A stretch of DNA of 64,000 bases from a virus (lineage: Duplodnaviria > Caudoviricetes), in IMG/VR virus record IMGVR_UViG_3300021400_000063. The stretch is one strand, 5' to 3'. Below the pieces are notes generated by a model, which did not search any database, had not been told where the DNA came from, and saw nothing but the letters and a program-made list of their open reading frames with translations. The translations under genes were made by a program, and so were the position numbers. Below are positions 1-10,193 of the stretch, one piece after another. The first letter of the stretch is position 1, and every line of letters begins with the position of its first letter.

Positions 1-109
1 TGCCAAGATCAGGATTCAATCCTTTGATCTTACAGATCAAATCGTCGGAAATCAAATCTTGCGCAAGGATCTGATTACCTCCAAAGTCCATTGGTTCCTC
101 AATAGTCAT
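1..109 (-). CDS. 5' part of a hypothetical protein running off the window edge (MTIEEPMDFGGNQILAQDL...)
   Basis: ATG at 109 preceded by GGAGG SD on the minus strand; frame open to position 1. Confidence 0.7.
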   Translation of the reverse strand, partial: MTIEEPMDFGGNQILAQDLISDDLICKIKGLNPDLG

Positions 110-215
110 GAGATTCCTCCACATACGTATATGAAATTAGTAAGTTTAACCCTACTTGTTAATATTAAATTATATAAATTTAATCTTTTTTAAAAAACGG
201 TAATATTATATACAT

Positions 216-1295
216 TTATACCTTCGTGTTTAAAATATTATTAATTTCTTCTTGAGAGAATTCCATATGATAATCATCTTTAGCGATTTTCTGAGTTATT
301 TGTATAAAATTCATATTTTCGAAACCTTTCATTTTATTATGAAGTTGTTCCTGCTGTTCTTTAATATCTGCAGTAATTTCTTCTTGTTTTTCAATAACTC
401 GTTTAGATTTCATACGTAAAACACAACAGTTTTTATGATTTTTAACAAATCCTTCGATTGTATTACGTTTATTATCATCGTCGATATCTAATTTAATTCT
501 TAAGAAATCATTTGATTCTTGATATCCTCTAAGCATATTTAAAAGAGGATCAATATCATTTGGTAATTTAGATGCTAATATAGTTGTAAAGGTCATAGCG
601 TCTGGATTTTTCATAAAAGTCCATTTAGATTTATCACCTTTAACTTCTACTTCAATCCAACCTTTATCTTCTTCTTCACCAAAATTTAATCTTCCATAAG
701 AACCACAATAAATAATATTCTTATAACAACTATGGGTATGAATATGACCACCTATAACAAAATGTTTAATATTATCTTTAAACATTTTCCAATCAAAATT
801 ATAAGCATGTCTTACAATTTCATCAGACACATAACCATTGATACCAACATGTGTAAACATTCCATGAAAGAATGCAAAATCATAATTATCATTAAGATAA
901 TCTTTATAATAATCATCATTTATTACATATTCTTCAGGAAGTAATAATAATTTCAATCCACAGACATTCAATTTAGTTACAGTATTAACAATAAAGAATT
1001 TATCAGATGAATAATGTAATAAACCATTTATTTGATGCCTATCGTGTGATTCTGTGCCTTCAATAACAATAATTGCAGCGCCAGTTGCTATACAATCGTC
1101 TATGAATTTTCCATAATAAATATTAGCGGGAGATCCGATTCCTTGTCTAGAATCAAATGAATCTCCTGGTATTACTATAAGATCAGGATGAACTTCGTTG
1201 CAATGTTTTATGAAATGGTTTTTTAAAGATTCATAAAACTTTTCTTCATTACCAGTTCTTCCAAAATGTAAATCCGCAATAGCTTCAATAATCAT
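216..1295 (-). CDS. SbcD/Mre11-like metallophosphoesterase nuclease
   Basis: Calcineurin-like motifs ADLH, PGDSFD, GTESHD, FHG, GHIH, YCGS. Confidence 0.85.
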   Translation of the reverse strand: MIIEAIADLHFGRTGNEEKFYESLKNHFIKHCNEVHPDLIVIPGDSFDSRQGIGSPANIYYGKFIDDCIATGAAIIVIEGTESHDRHQINGLLHYSSDKFFIVNTVTKLNVCGLKLLLLPEEYVINDDYYKDYLNDNYDFAFFHGMFTHVGINGYVSDEIVRHAYNFDWKMFKDNIKHFVIGGHIHTHSCYKNIIYCGSYGRLNFGEEEDKGWIEVEVKGDKSKWTFMKNPDAMTFTTILASKLPNDIDPLLNMLRGYQESNDFLRIKLDIDDDNKRNTIEGFVKNHKNCCVLRMKSKRVIEKQEEITADIKEQQEQLHNKMKGFENMNFIQITQKIAKDDYHMEFSQEEINNILNTKV

Positions 1296-1513
1296 ATAAT
1301 ACCTACAATTTTAAAAATAGACGATAATATCAAACATATCATAGCTGTAGATAATACATCACCAAAGGTAATAGGATGCTGTTTCATCGTAATTTTTCCT
1401 TTAGATATAAACTTGATAAATTTAGCATAGAAATATACTATGTAATAAGCCATATATCTTGTAAATAATAAAGCTATAGTTAAAGTTAATATAGTAAAAA
1501 GCAAATCAACCAT
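1292..1513 (-). CDS. small membrane protein (2 TM)
   Basis: Two hydrophobic segments; overlaps both neighbours; SD AAGGAG. Confidence 0.7.
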   Translation of the reverse strand: MVDLLFTILTLTIALLFTRYMAYYIVYFYAKFIKFISKGKITMKQHPITFGDVLSTAMICLILSSIFKIVGII

Positions 1514-2090
1514 GTCTCATATTCTCCTTAATATTTAATAATGTAACTTCATGATTTTCAAAAGTTTTCTTCATATCAATTAATCTCTGATTTGAAGAAC
1601 CTCTAAAAGCAAGGTTTAAATCTTTATTTTCTTCAACAAATGGACCATCGACTAAAACATCGATATTATTTAAAATATATTCCAAGTCATCAATATACCA
1701 ACATTCTGGACCATATCGCATAGAATCGCTCAACAATTGAATTAATAAATTTTCAAAAGTTGAACCGGTCCATAACCAAATATTTAATGGTTTATTACAT
1801 GTTTGTTCATAATAACGACTGCACTGTTCAATAATATATTTTACCTGATGTATATTTTCTTTTTCTAAAGGATCCCCACCTAATATAGATAACCCTTCAA
1901 CATAGTCTTTTGTTAAAGCAACTTGTAATTGAGCTAAACATTTTTCGGTAAATTCTTCACCGGCTTCAAAATTCCAATATTCTGAACTATGACAACCTTT
2001 ACATTTATGTGTACAACCTGAGACATACAATCCTACTCTAATTCCAGGACCATCTGCTGAATCAAATTCGTCAATTTTAAAAAAGTTCAT
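1506..2090 (-). CDS. nrdG: anaerobic ribonucleotide reductase activating enzyme (radical SAM)
   Basis: DGPGIR..YVSGCTHKCKGC (CxxxCxxC), LSILGGDPL, DVLVDGPF, FRGSSNQR. Confidence 0.95.
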   Translation of the reverse strand: MNFFKIDEFDSADGPGIRVGLYVSGCTHKCKGCHSSEYWNFEAGEEFTEKCLAQLQVALTKDYVEGLSILGGDPLEKENIHQVKYIIEQCSRYYEQTCNKPLNIWLWTGSTFENLLIQLLSDSMRYGPECWYIDDLEYILNNIDVLVDGPFVEENKDLNLAFRGSSNQRLIDMKKTFENHEVTLLNIKENMRHG

Positions 2091-2136
2091 ATTAAAGTAC
2101 CTCTCATATATTTATCTTCTTATTATTATATAAAAG

Positions 2137-2176
2137 AAAAAAAAAGAGAAGAAATATCAACGATACTTCTTCTCTT
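2137..2176 (-). terminator. intrinsic terminator for a short minus-strand transcript
   Basis: AAGAGAAGAA/TTCTTCTCTT stem with an A-run on its left side. Confidence 0.75.
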
Positions 2177-2199
2177 ATAATTAAAGGAGATTATCTTAT

Positions 2200-2316
2200 A
2201 TGAGTATTTTTAAAAATACTATAAAAGAAGGTGAAGCCATAACTTTGAGATACTCGAATGGGTGGGAGGGGAATATCGAATACCCCTTAGTTACAGCTCA
2301 AGAATATAATATATAA
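2200..2316 (+). CDS. possible 38-aa peptide (MSIFKNTIKEGEAITLRYSNGWEGNIEYPLVTAQEYNI)
   Basis: AAGGAGA SD upstream of ATG 2200, TAA at 2314-2316; antisense to a promoter/terminator unit. Confidence 0.4.
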   Translation: MSIFKNTIKEGEAITLRYSNGWEGNIEYPLVTAQEYNI

Positions 2317-2369
2317 AGTATTTATTTTTTATTAACTCGACATTTTTATATAACTTAAGGAGTAATTTT

Positions 2370-3050
2370 ATGAAACTCGAGATAAACAAGTCATACATTC
2401 TTTTTACAAATTCAGATTATATTCTTAATAAAAAAATTAGAGTACTTTCATATATGAATTATGATCGTGCTTCAGAATATGCTTCATTTACTGAAAATGT
2501 TGCCATTAATGAAAAATTCATAGATTCTTCTGGAGACGCAGATTATCTTAAAAAACAAACATTCTACGATTGTGGTGTAATTAAACTTGAAGATGGTGAA
2601 TGGAAACTCACTGGTGAAACTGTAATTGTTTGGGATGATATCATTGATACTGATCGTACTCAACGCCTTTATGAAGATTATGTTTATAAACTTAATTTTA
2701 AATTTAAAGATGTTTCTGATACTGATATTATATCTTATGAAGATGTAGTGAAAACAATCACAGATGCTATAAATAACACATATAATATTAGTAAAACTAA
2801 AGTTGAATTCGAATTGGAAAAAATAAATTCTTCCGATTTAAATGATGCTGAAGCAGAATTAACAAATGTGAAAAATGTATTAAATGACGCAAAGAATACA
2901 TTAAATGCATTTATAAGTTTAGAAGATTCCGCAAAAGCTATAAACTCAGAATTCTCAGACAATGATATTTTGACTAAAGTGAATACACTTTCTTCAAATG
3001 TTAATACTATTCTTAAGAATACCAATACAATCATCGCTCAAACATCATAG
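2370..3050 (+). CDS. hypothetical protein with C-terminal coiled coil, possibly virion-associated
   Basis: SD AAGGAG; preceded by GACA-N6-TATAA motif at 2339. Confidence 0.7.
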   Translation: MKLEINKSYILFTNSDYILNKKIRVLSYMNYDRASEYASFTENVAINEKFIDSSGDADYLKKQTFYDCGVIKLEDGEWKLTGETVIVWDDIIDTDRTQRLYEDYVYKLNFKFKDVSDTDIISYEDVVKTITDAINNTYNISKTKVEFELEKINSSDLNDAEAELTNVKNVLNDAKNTLNAFISLEDSAKAINSEFSDNDILTKVNTLSSNVNTILKNTNTIIAQTS

Positions 3051-3051
3051 C

Positions 3052-3083
3052 AAAAAAAGAAGGGAGATTTTTCTCCCTTCTTT
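3052..3083. terminator. bidirectional intrinsic terminator between convergent genes
   Basis: AAAGAAGGGAGA/TCTCCCTTCTTT hairpin. Confidence 0.8.
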
Positions 3084-3087
3084 AATT

Positions 3088-4071
3088 TCATTTTTTCTCC
3101 TGTGCTTTTAACCAATTATTCTTACGTTTCTTATCGTTTCGTTTTCTAGCAAAACGTTTATAAGCACGAACAATATTTGGAGCTGTTTTATCTGTTAAGA
3201 AACCAAATATCTGATCAATCGAAACAAAGTTAAGTACCAAATCTTTAACACCTGATACTATAGTTTTAATACCTTCTTTCTTTCGTTCTTTTATTTCATT
3301 TCTAACATAGCCATTGTAAGATCTAGTTTGACCTTCTCTTACCATAGCTATAAATGGTGTAGTTAAACCTTCACGTACATCATTACGATAATAAGCAGCA
3401 TTAGGTTTACTATTAAACATAAGATAACCCGTTAATGGTGAAATCATGAATGGTATAGGTCCAACATCGATTCCATTATCATTAACCCAAAATGATTTAA
3501 TAAAGACATTTCCATTTTCAGAAATAATATCAAAAATTAATCTTTCCGATTTTACATCATGATGTTTAGATTTAATGTCTTCATACTTAATATATTCTAT
3601 AAGAATATTATTAAGTTCATTGTTTTCATTAGATCCATGGACCAATTTTATTTTTTCATTATGATCCAGATATCTAATCTCCATAGCATTAATATTATCC
3701 AATTGCGAATCAAACTCACTATAGGAATATAATCCAGAATTAATACCATTAGATTTTGTTCTATAACAGTCAGTTTCATGCATATTTATTTGGATTCCAT
3801 TCTGAATCATCAAGTCCTGATTCTCTGGCTCTTCCATCATAGCAACACCTGTTATAGCATCTTCTTCAGTTTCAAACAGAACTGTATTAAGTTCTGGTAT
3901 AACTGTAAGATTTTTACAAATAGGATAATTTGTAATATGATCATCTTTTATTATCTGAATTTGTTCAGCATCAGAATACACATTTTGAATATATCCTATT
4001 TTACCTTCTTCATCTATATACCATAATGGTTTTCTAGACAAAATTTTAATTTGATTAACATTTGTGAACAA
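3088..4071 (-). CDS. hypothetical protein (probable TTG start at 4071)
   Basis: Long ORF; AAGGAGG SD upstream of TTG 4071. Confidence 0.7.
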   Translation of the reverse strand: MFTNVNQIKILSRKPLWYIDEEGKIGYIQNVYSDAEQIQIIKDDHITNYPICKNLTVIPELNTVLFETEEDAITGVAMMEEPENQDLMIQNGIQINMHETDCYRTKSNGINSGLYSYSEFDSQLDNINAMEIRYLDHNEKIKLVHGSNENNELNNILIEYIKYEDIKSKHHDVKSERLIFDIISENGNVFIKSFWVNDNGIDVGPIPFMISPLTGYLMFNSKPNAAYYRNDVREGLTTPFIAMVREGQTRSYNGYVRNEIKERKKEGIKTIVSGVKDLVLNFVSIDQIFGFLTDKTAPNIVRAYKRFARKRNDKKRKNNWLKAQEKK

Positions 4072-4231
4072 TTGACTTTGCCTCCTTACTTCCTGCAACT
4101 ATAGTTGTTTTAGATTTCCATTCTTCAAAAGAATTTTGAATCTGTATAGCACAAGATGTTGGAATAATTCCTTCCATAGCTTTAGTTGTTACTTCATCCA
4201 CCAATGTTTGAAATTTTTCATAATAAGTCAT
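4055..4231 (-). CDS. hypothetical 58-aa protein (not in ORF track)
   Basis: GAGGAGGT SD, ATG 4231, TAA 4055-4057; early promoter motif upstream. Confidence 0.7.
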   Translation of the reverse strand: MTYYEKFQTLVDEVTTKAMEGIIPTSCAIQIQNSFEEWKSKTTIVAGSKEAKSIVHKC

Positions 4232-4348
4232 ATTTACTTACCTCCTCAAATATTTCTTATTCATAAATATAATATATTAAGAAAAAATAAATAAAAAGAG
4301 GCGGATTTATTCCGCCTCTTTTCTCAAAACATTGTTACAAATTACAGC

Positions 4349-4555
4349 TTAGTTAGCAGCTTTTGGAGCTACCTTAGCAGCTTTTGGAGCTTTCTTTGTA
4401 ACTCTTCCGAGTAAGAAAGATCCTACTGTAAGAATTCCAGCTCCACCAGCAACTACAACTTTTGTTGTTTTGCTACTTGCTTTTACATCCTTTGATACTT
4501 TTGAAGGGATGCTCTTGATTGTTGTAACGAACTTGTTTTCTTTTGTGTCTGCCAT
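4349..4555 (-). CDS. small membrane protein with Lys/Ala/Pro-rich tail
   Basis: AGGAGG SD; Gly-rich TM segment; KKAPKAAKVAPKAAN tail; own terminator near 4290-4324. Confidence 0.75.
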   Translation of the reverse strand: MADTKENKFVTTIKSIPSKVSKDVKASSKTTKVVVAGGAGILTVGSFLLGRVTKKAPKAAKVAPKAAN

Positions 4556-4747
4556 AATTGGAGACCTCCTAGATAATTATTTTTGAACCTTGGCGCCAAG
4601 TTGCTTATGGTTCATATTGTTAAGGTAATTATGTCATACGACTTTTTCCTTAATCATCAATAAAATATATAATTCAAAAAAAAGATAAATTTACACTTAT
4701 ATCTTTCAATAAATTATGATACTTTTATGTTATATTATTGTAAAAAA

Positions 4748-5578
4748 TTATAAAACATCATTACCAGGAGCAGGAATTATAAAGATATGATTACCATCTT
4801 TTTTAACTTCGGCACAATTTAAATCTTTTAATGTTTTTATAAGATCATTAAAATCTGTATAATCTTTATCAACGATCTTAATAAAATTAAATTTATCCAA
4901 TTTAATAACAGCTTCTTCTTTCATAGCCATCTTAGCTTTAGAATCAAGAGGATATTTAGACCCATCTTTAATCTCTATAGCAAGATTTAATGAAGGTATC
5001 CAGAAATCAGGAATATAAAAACGTTCTACATTAGTAAATTTATCAAGATATTTAATAGCCATATTTGTAGGGAATGGTATTACATCAGAACTTGTAAAAT
5101 GAAGAGTATTTTCACAGTATTGTAAAAAGTCCAATTCATACTTGCCTACATAGATAATTTGTACACCATCTTGCCAAGTATATTTACCAGAGATCTTTCT
5201 GTTAGCAAGCATTTCTGCCTGATGTTCAGGATCATTAAGTAAGTTATCTGTTCCATAAATACGTTTCATATTTTTCTGAAACATTTCCCTTGCTTTCTTT
5301 TTACATTCGGGATTTGTACAATATCTAGCATATTTATGCTTAACAGGATTCCATTCACAAGTATTTTTCTTACAAATTACACAGAGTTTAATTCCAGGAT
5401 TTCGTTTATCAAAAAGATATTTATAAGGATCTTCATTACCTATAAGATCAGCATGTATTTTAGTAGCATGTTTAAATAACTGATCGAATGTACCAAAACG
5501 TTGTCCACAATCTTCACATTTAAATCTACGACGTCCGGTTACTTCTCGTTTATTATTTTTAGAGTATTTTTTAGCCAT
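4748..5578 (-). CDS. C2H2 zinc finger plus PD-(D/E)xK (TnsA-like) nuclease
   Basis: CEDC..H....H, second Cys cluster CVIC..C....C, YIPDF...AIEIK. Confidence 0.7.
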   Translation of the reverse strand: MAKKYSKNNKREVTGRRRFKCEDCGQRFGTFDQLFKHATKIHADLIGNEDPYKYLFDKRNPGIKLCVICKKNTCEWNPVKHKYARYCTNPECKKKAREMFQKNMKRIYGTDNLLNDPEHQAEMLANRKISGKYTWQDGVQIIYVGKYELDFLQYCENTLHFTSSDVIPFPTNMAIKYLDKFTNVERFYIPDFWIPSLNLAIEIKDGSKYPLDSKAKMAMKEEAVIKLDKFNFIKIVDKDYTDFNDLIKTLKDLNCAEVKKDGNHIFIIPAPGNDVL

Positions 5579-5716
5579 AATATTCTACCCTTTATTTTAT
5601 GATATATCAAATTGTCATTCTTCGCAAAATAAAAAAAGAAGGAACTATTAAAGTTCCTTCTTACGATTTAATTAAAATTTCAACTAAGATCTACCCCAAG
5701 TAGGATATCCCGATCC

Positions 5717-6295
5717 CTATGGTGATTGTCCTGACATCGGTCCTGTTGATGCTCTAAGTTTTGTAGCCATGATATGAATGAAATTCATTACATTAGGATC
5801 CATCATTTTATCATCAGCTATAAAAGTAAATAACTTTGAAATAAGACCATCGTTCATTTTGTTATTAGGAGCGTGTATTTGAAGATTGATACTACCATCT
5901 TCCTCAATATTTAAATTGAATTTAAATTCATCTCCATCTTTGGCACAATTGCCTATTGTAGCTCCTATAGCATTGACCAATAATGAATTGAGAGGGATTG
6001 TATCAGAAGAATGAATTACTTTACCATTTTCCCTTGTAATGGAAAGATCTATTCTCCGTTTTACAATGCGTCCATTATTAGATTCATTTGAATCGATAGT
6101 AGGATCATTGATGTGATCATCAATTTCATCAGCAAAATCTTTATAAGCTTTTGCGGTTGGATCATTTTCGTTATTCAATACGTTGTTAGCAAAATTTTTA
6201 TCTTTGCATGTATTACAATAACCCTGTTCGATCGGATCATCCGGTCTTTCTAACTCTCTCAATTTGTCAGCAATCTGATCATCTTTCATATTCAC
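5717..6295 (-). CDS. hypothetical protein (early cassette)
   Basis: ORF with SD; leader and terminator related to those of 6420-6782. Confidence 0.7.
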   Translation of the reverse strand: MNMKDDQIADKLRELERPDDPIEQGYCNTCKDKNFANNVLNNENDPTAKAYKDFADEIDDHINDPTIDSNESNNGRIVKRRIDLSITRENGKVIHSSDTIPLNSLLVNAIGATIGNCAKDGDEFKFNLNIEEDGSINLQIHAPNNKMNDGLISKLFTFIADDKMMDPNVMNFIHIMATKLRASTGPMSGQSP

Positions 6296-6419
6296 TTACC
6301 CTTCCTTTATAAAAGTATTATTTTCGTAGAGATTAAGTTTAACAAACTTATTTATTCCTACATTATTTAAATATATAAATAAAAAAAGAAGGAACTTTAA
6401 TAGTTCCTTCTTTTAATTA

Positions 6420-6782
6420 TTAACCAACTGATTGTTGATTATTAATTGTAGGTTGTTCTACTATAGGGTTTGATTCATCAAATCCATTAATAGTATTACA
6501 AACAATAGTAACAGCATTAGCCACATCACTGATCGTTTGTAATTTTGTAACTTTTGTACCAGATTCTGTACATCTAACTTGTAAAATTTCTTTTTGAGTT
6601 TTATTACGATCTAATTCAATTTCTTTTAAATTATTATCATGATGTATTTCAATCTCTTTAATAGATTGAATTAAATCATTAAATGATTTCAACATTTCTT
6701 TAGCCAATTCTTCAGAAATCTTTTTTTCTGATAATAATTTAGAAACATTTTCTAAATATTCACAATAATTTGTATTATCCAT
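6420..6782 (-). CDS. hypothetical coiled-coil protein (early cassette)
   Basis: AAGGAG SD, promoter motif and terminator. Confidence 0.75.
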   Translation of the reverse strand: MDNTNYCEYLENVSKLLSEKKISEELAKEMLKSFNDLIQSIKEIEIHHDNNLKEIELDRNKTQKEILQVRCTESGTKVTKLQTISDVANAVTIVCNTINGFDESNPIVEQPTINNQQSVG

Positions 6783-6926
6783 GATATTTAATCTCCTTAA
6801 TATTTTTCGTAAAAATCAAGTTTAACAAACTTATTTATTCCTACATTATTAAAATATATAAGACAAAAATTATCATATTGTATATAAAAACAAATCGATA
6901 TAATATATTTTTCTAAGGAATATTTT

Positions 6927-7337
6927 ATGGATAAAGTAATAGTAAATCCAACTTTTCGATCAGATATAGATGGTAAACTTTTCAAAAATAAAGATACCAA
7001 TAAAGATATTCAGGAAACTGTTATATTTAATGCTTTGACAACTAGATTATCTATTTATAAAGGTGATTTAGCTTTATTTCCTAATTTAGGTTTAAAACAA
7101 CACTTATTTAATTTTTCATTCGAAGATGAATCTGGCGTAGCTGAAGCAGCAAGTAATATGGAAACTGATATTGAACAACAATTGAATAAATCATGTACTG
7201 TTCAATATGAGTTAAATCCTGATACAAAAATTATAAAACTATCGATTCATATTACAGGTATAGAATATGCTTACGAATATGAATTTACTAATATTAATAA
7301 TTCTATACGAATTATAAACAACACCATTACTAATTAA
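6927..7337 (+). CDS. probable gp25/GPW-like baseplate wedge protein
   Basis: Size and motif RLSIYKGDLALFPNLG..LF resemble gp25 family (T.xGER..P.FG..L.F); AACA-N6-TATAA upstream. Confidence 0.5.
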   Translation: MDKVIVNPTFRSDIDGKLFKNKDTNKDIQETVIFNALTTRLSIYKGDLALFPNLGLKQHLFNFSFEDESGVAEAASNMETDIEQQLNKSCTVQYELNPDTKIIKLSIHITGIEYAYEYEFTNINNSIRIINNTITN

Positions 7338-7351
7338 TGGAGGAATTTATT

Positions 7352-8074
7352 ATGGTACAAAGTAACGAAAATAAACAACCAAATTATACTTCTAAATTCG
7401 GTTTAGTAAATATTATGTCTGCTGAAGAAAAATCAGATTATAAAAAATTCAACGATCGTCTTTTAAGCATGAGCTATGGAGATCTTGAAAAATTAATTTC
7501 TGGTTCAGCGGGAGATATCTTAACTAGTGAACAACGTGATCTTGTAGCTTGGCAATTTAAAATCCGTGAACTTGATGAAATGAAACGTCGTGGTGTAAAC
7601 ATGGCTGAAACTTACAATGTAAACAATGTTAAAAATGTTGATTATGATCCTGAAACACCTAATTTGGTAAATTGGCAAATTGCTGAAAGAAATAGAATTG
7701 AAGGCATGTCTCTAGAAGCTCTGGAACGAGCTAAAAAATTAGTAGATGATACACCAGTTGTTATTTCAAAAGATCAGATGCATAACATGAATGGTGGCGG
7801 TATTAATGTAGCTTGTAATAAATATGTAGTTGTTGATGAGAATGGAGATGAAGTTCTTGTTAATAATAGAAACATTCAGGAAATGTTTAGAAAACGCTAT
7901 ATTAAAGCTATGTCTGATGTTACAGGATTCGATTTTACTAAATATAATCTTGATGGTAATATGGATGAACCAGATTTAGATTATACTGCGATGGTCGATG
8001 GTCATGAACCTCTTCCACAAGAAGATAGTTTTAACAATATTAAGTTGAATACAGATGATTATGAAGATGACTAA
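7352..8074 (+). CDS. hypothetical protein with acidic C-terminus
   Basis: GGAGG SD at 7339 favours ATG 7352. Confidence 0.75.
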   Translation: MVQSNENKQPNYTSKFGLVNIMSAEEKSDYKKFNDRLLSMSYGDLEKLISGSAGDILTSEQRDLVAWQFKIRELDEMKRRGVNMAETYNVNNVKNVDYDPETPNLVNWQIAERNRIEGMSLEALERAKKLVDDTPVVISKDQMHNMNGGGINVACNKYVVVDENGDEVLVNNRNIQEMFRKRYIKAMSDVTGFDFTKYNLDGNMDEPDLDYTAMVDGHEPLPQEDSFNNIKLNTDDYEDD

Positions 8075-8422
8075 TATTAAATGAATCCTGGATTTTATTC
8101 CAGGATTTTATATTTTCTATTTTTTATACCCTGTAAATCAAAAAAATTTTCATTTATTTATTGTGTATCGAAATAATTGATTTTATTGTTTATTATGATT
8201 TCAAATTATCCTATTAGCTTAGTTTTCAATCATTTCGACTTTTCGTTGAAAAGTCGATCATTGGAAACTATTATGATTTATATAACGAAAGTTCAGATTA
8301 ATTAAGGGGAATATTTTCTTATTAAAGAAATAATATAGTTTAACTTTCAAATATTTATTTTTTTTTCTATATCTATATTTTTGACATTTAGATATAATAC
8401 AATTATTTGGAGAAATACTTTT

Positions 8423-9445
8423 ATGAATAGAATATCTGATACAAAATTTTTCAATTTCGTAAATAAAAAATATAATTATAATAGTAAACTTTCAAAAATC
8501 AATTTTAAAGACTATTATATTCCATCTGATCTTATAAATGATAAATTAAATAATTTCAAAGGATATAAATATCCTTTAGTAACTGAAATTATTGAAGCTG
8601 TTAAATCTGGTAAAATTATACCTTGTAATTTCTCAGAATCTAATAATCCTAAAAAAGTTAATGTTAATTTACACACTGATCTTAAATGGCCACATGCTAT
8701 ATTTAATTTAACTGGAATGAATGAAAAAGGTAATTTAATTGTAATGTGTGACCTTTCAACTAAAGGAAAATATCAATATGCTCCAACTGGAGAATTAATA
8801 TTCTTCAATATTCCAGATATTATTTTATTCCATATGTTAATGGGAGCTTATATTACATATAAACTTGAATCTCAACCAGAATTATCTTCAAATCCATCTT
8901 TAGTAACTAAAGTAGCAGAATGTTATGCATTAATCAATTCTAAAATCATTGATAATATGTTCCCTATTATTCAGACATCTAGAACAGATTGGAATAAACT
9001 TCAAATGATTCTTCAAACATATTGTATGGAAGTTATGTTTGATATTTCTCATGATGATGCTATTAAATACGCATTAAAATCAAGATTAATTCAAGATAAA
9101 AATGCTGTTATGAGTGAATCTAACTTCATTATGACTAATAAAGATTTTACATCATCTGCTAATTATAATGATAAATTCCCTATTGATATTTTATGTGATA
9201 TTCTTTGTGAAGAATTCCCCAACTTTATTAAACCTACAGAATTTAATGCAAATATCTTTAATATGAAATTTACTCAAAGAATGAATAAAAATAGTGCATT
9301 TTGTTTGGATCATTCTATTAGTTTTATCATTATGTTACTATTTGGAAAAGCTTCAATTGGTATTTATAATGATATGCTTATTAAAGATTATTTAAGTTTA
9401 GCATCTTTTGATATAACAAAAGAATTAGCTATTCTTTGCAAATGA
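8423..9445 (+). CDS. hypothetical protein, possibly virion structural
   Basis: GGAG SD favours ATG 8423; GACA-N6-TATAA at 8383. Confidence 0.7.
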   Translation: MNRISDTKFFNFVNKKYNYNSKLSKINFKDYYIPSDLINDKLNNFKGYKYPLVTEIIEAVKSGKIIPCNFSESNNPKKVNVNLHTDLKWPHAIFNLTGMNEKGNLIVMCDLSTKGKYQYAPTGELIFFNIPDIILFHMLMGAYITYKLESQPELSSNPSLVTKVAECYALINSKIIDNMFPIIQTSRTDWNKLQMILQTYCMEVMFDISHDDAIKYALKSRLIQDKNAVMSESNFIMTNKDFTSSANYNDKFPIDILCDILCEEFPNFIKPTEFNANIFNMKFTQRMNKNSAFCLDHSISFIIMLLFGKASIGIYNDMLIKDYLSLASFDITKELAILCK

Positions 9446-9566
9446 TTCCCGATGTTTTCTAATTGACGGTGGAGCTTAGGCGGCTCCACCAGTTTTATAT
9501 TTTTATAAATATTAACGCATATTTAAATATATCACTTATACTTAATATTATGGAGGTTAAATTAAA

Positions 9567-10175
9567 ATGTTTAGTAATAAAAGTGAACAATGTGCTAAGA
9601 ATTTTTACATTTTTTGTATTTTAAGTATTGTATTATGTATATCTACTTTATGTCTTACTATTTTCATTTGTAAACGTAATTTGAAACCTGAAACTAAATA
9701 TGTAGAAATTGAAAAAATTGTAGAAAAAGAAGTAATTGTTGAAAAAACTATTGATGAATATTTTAACGATTATTATAAATCTCCTATGAATGAACCTGTA
9801 TGGGTTTCATCTCCAGTTGGTCCTAGAAATTTAGAAATTACATCTGAAACTTTTCATAGAGGTGATGATTTTGTAGGTATTTCTAAAAATACAGAAATTA
9901 AAGCTGCTGCTGATGGAATTGTTGTAGAACATTGGCCAGCTCCTAATGGATATTATAAAGGTCATCCTGTTTATGGTGGATATATTGTAATACAACATGA
10001 TAATGGAACTTATACTGTTTATGCTCATATGAGTGATACAACTGTACATACAGGTGAAAAGGTTAAACAAGGTCAAAAAATAGGTGTAATTGGAGATACC
10101 GGTCTAGCCACAGGTGTCCATTTACATTTTGAAATAGTTCTCACACCACATAATTTTATAAAAATTACAACTTAA
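9567..10175 (+). CDS. membrane-anchored M23 family peptidoglycan endopeptidase
   Basis: N-terminal TM; HRGDD (HxxxD), YAHM, HLHFE (HxH). Confidence 0.9.
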   Translation: MFSNKSEQCAKNFYIFCILSIVLCISTLCLTIFICKRNLKPETKYVEIEKIVEKEVIVEKTIDEYFNDYYKSPMNEPVWVSSPVGPRNLEITSETFHRGDDFVGISKNTEIKAAADGIVVEHWPAPNGYYKGHPVYGGYIVIQHDNGTYTVYAHMSDTTVHTGEKVKQGQKIGVIGDTGLATGVHLHFEIVLTPHNFIKITT

Positions 10176-10193
10176 TTTTAAGGAGAAACATAA

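Noticed and set aside
4055-4098. Frameshift joining the 58-aa ORF to the long ORF ending at 3088
   Set aside because: An AAGGAGG SD with a well-spaced TTG explains independent initiation, and the upstream frame has no AGG at the junction
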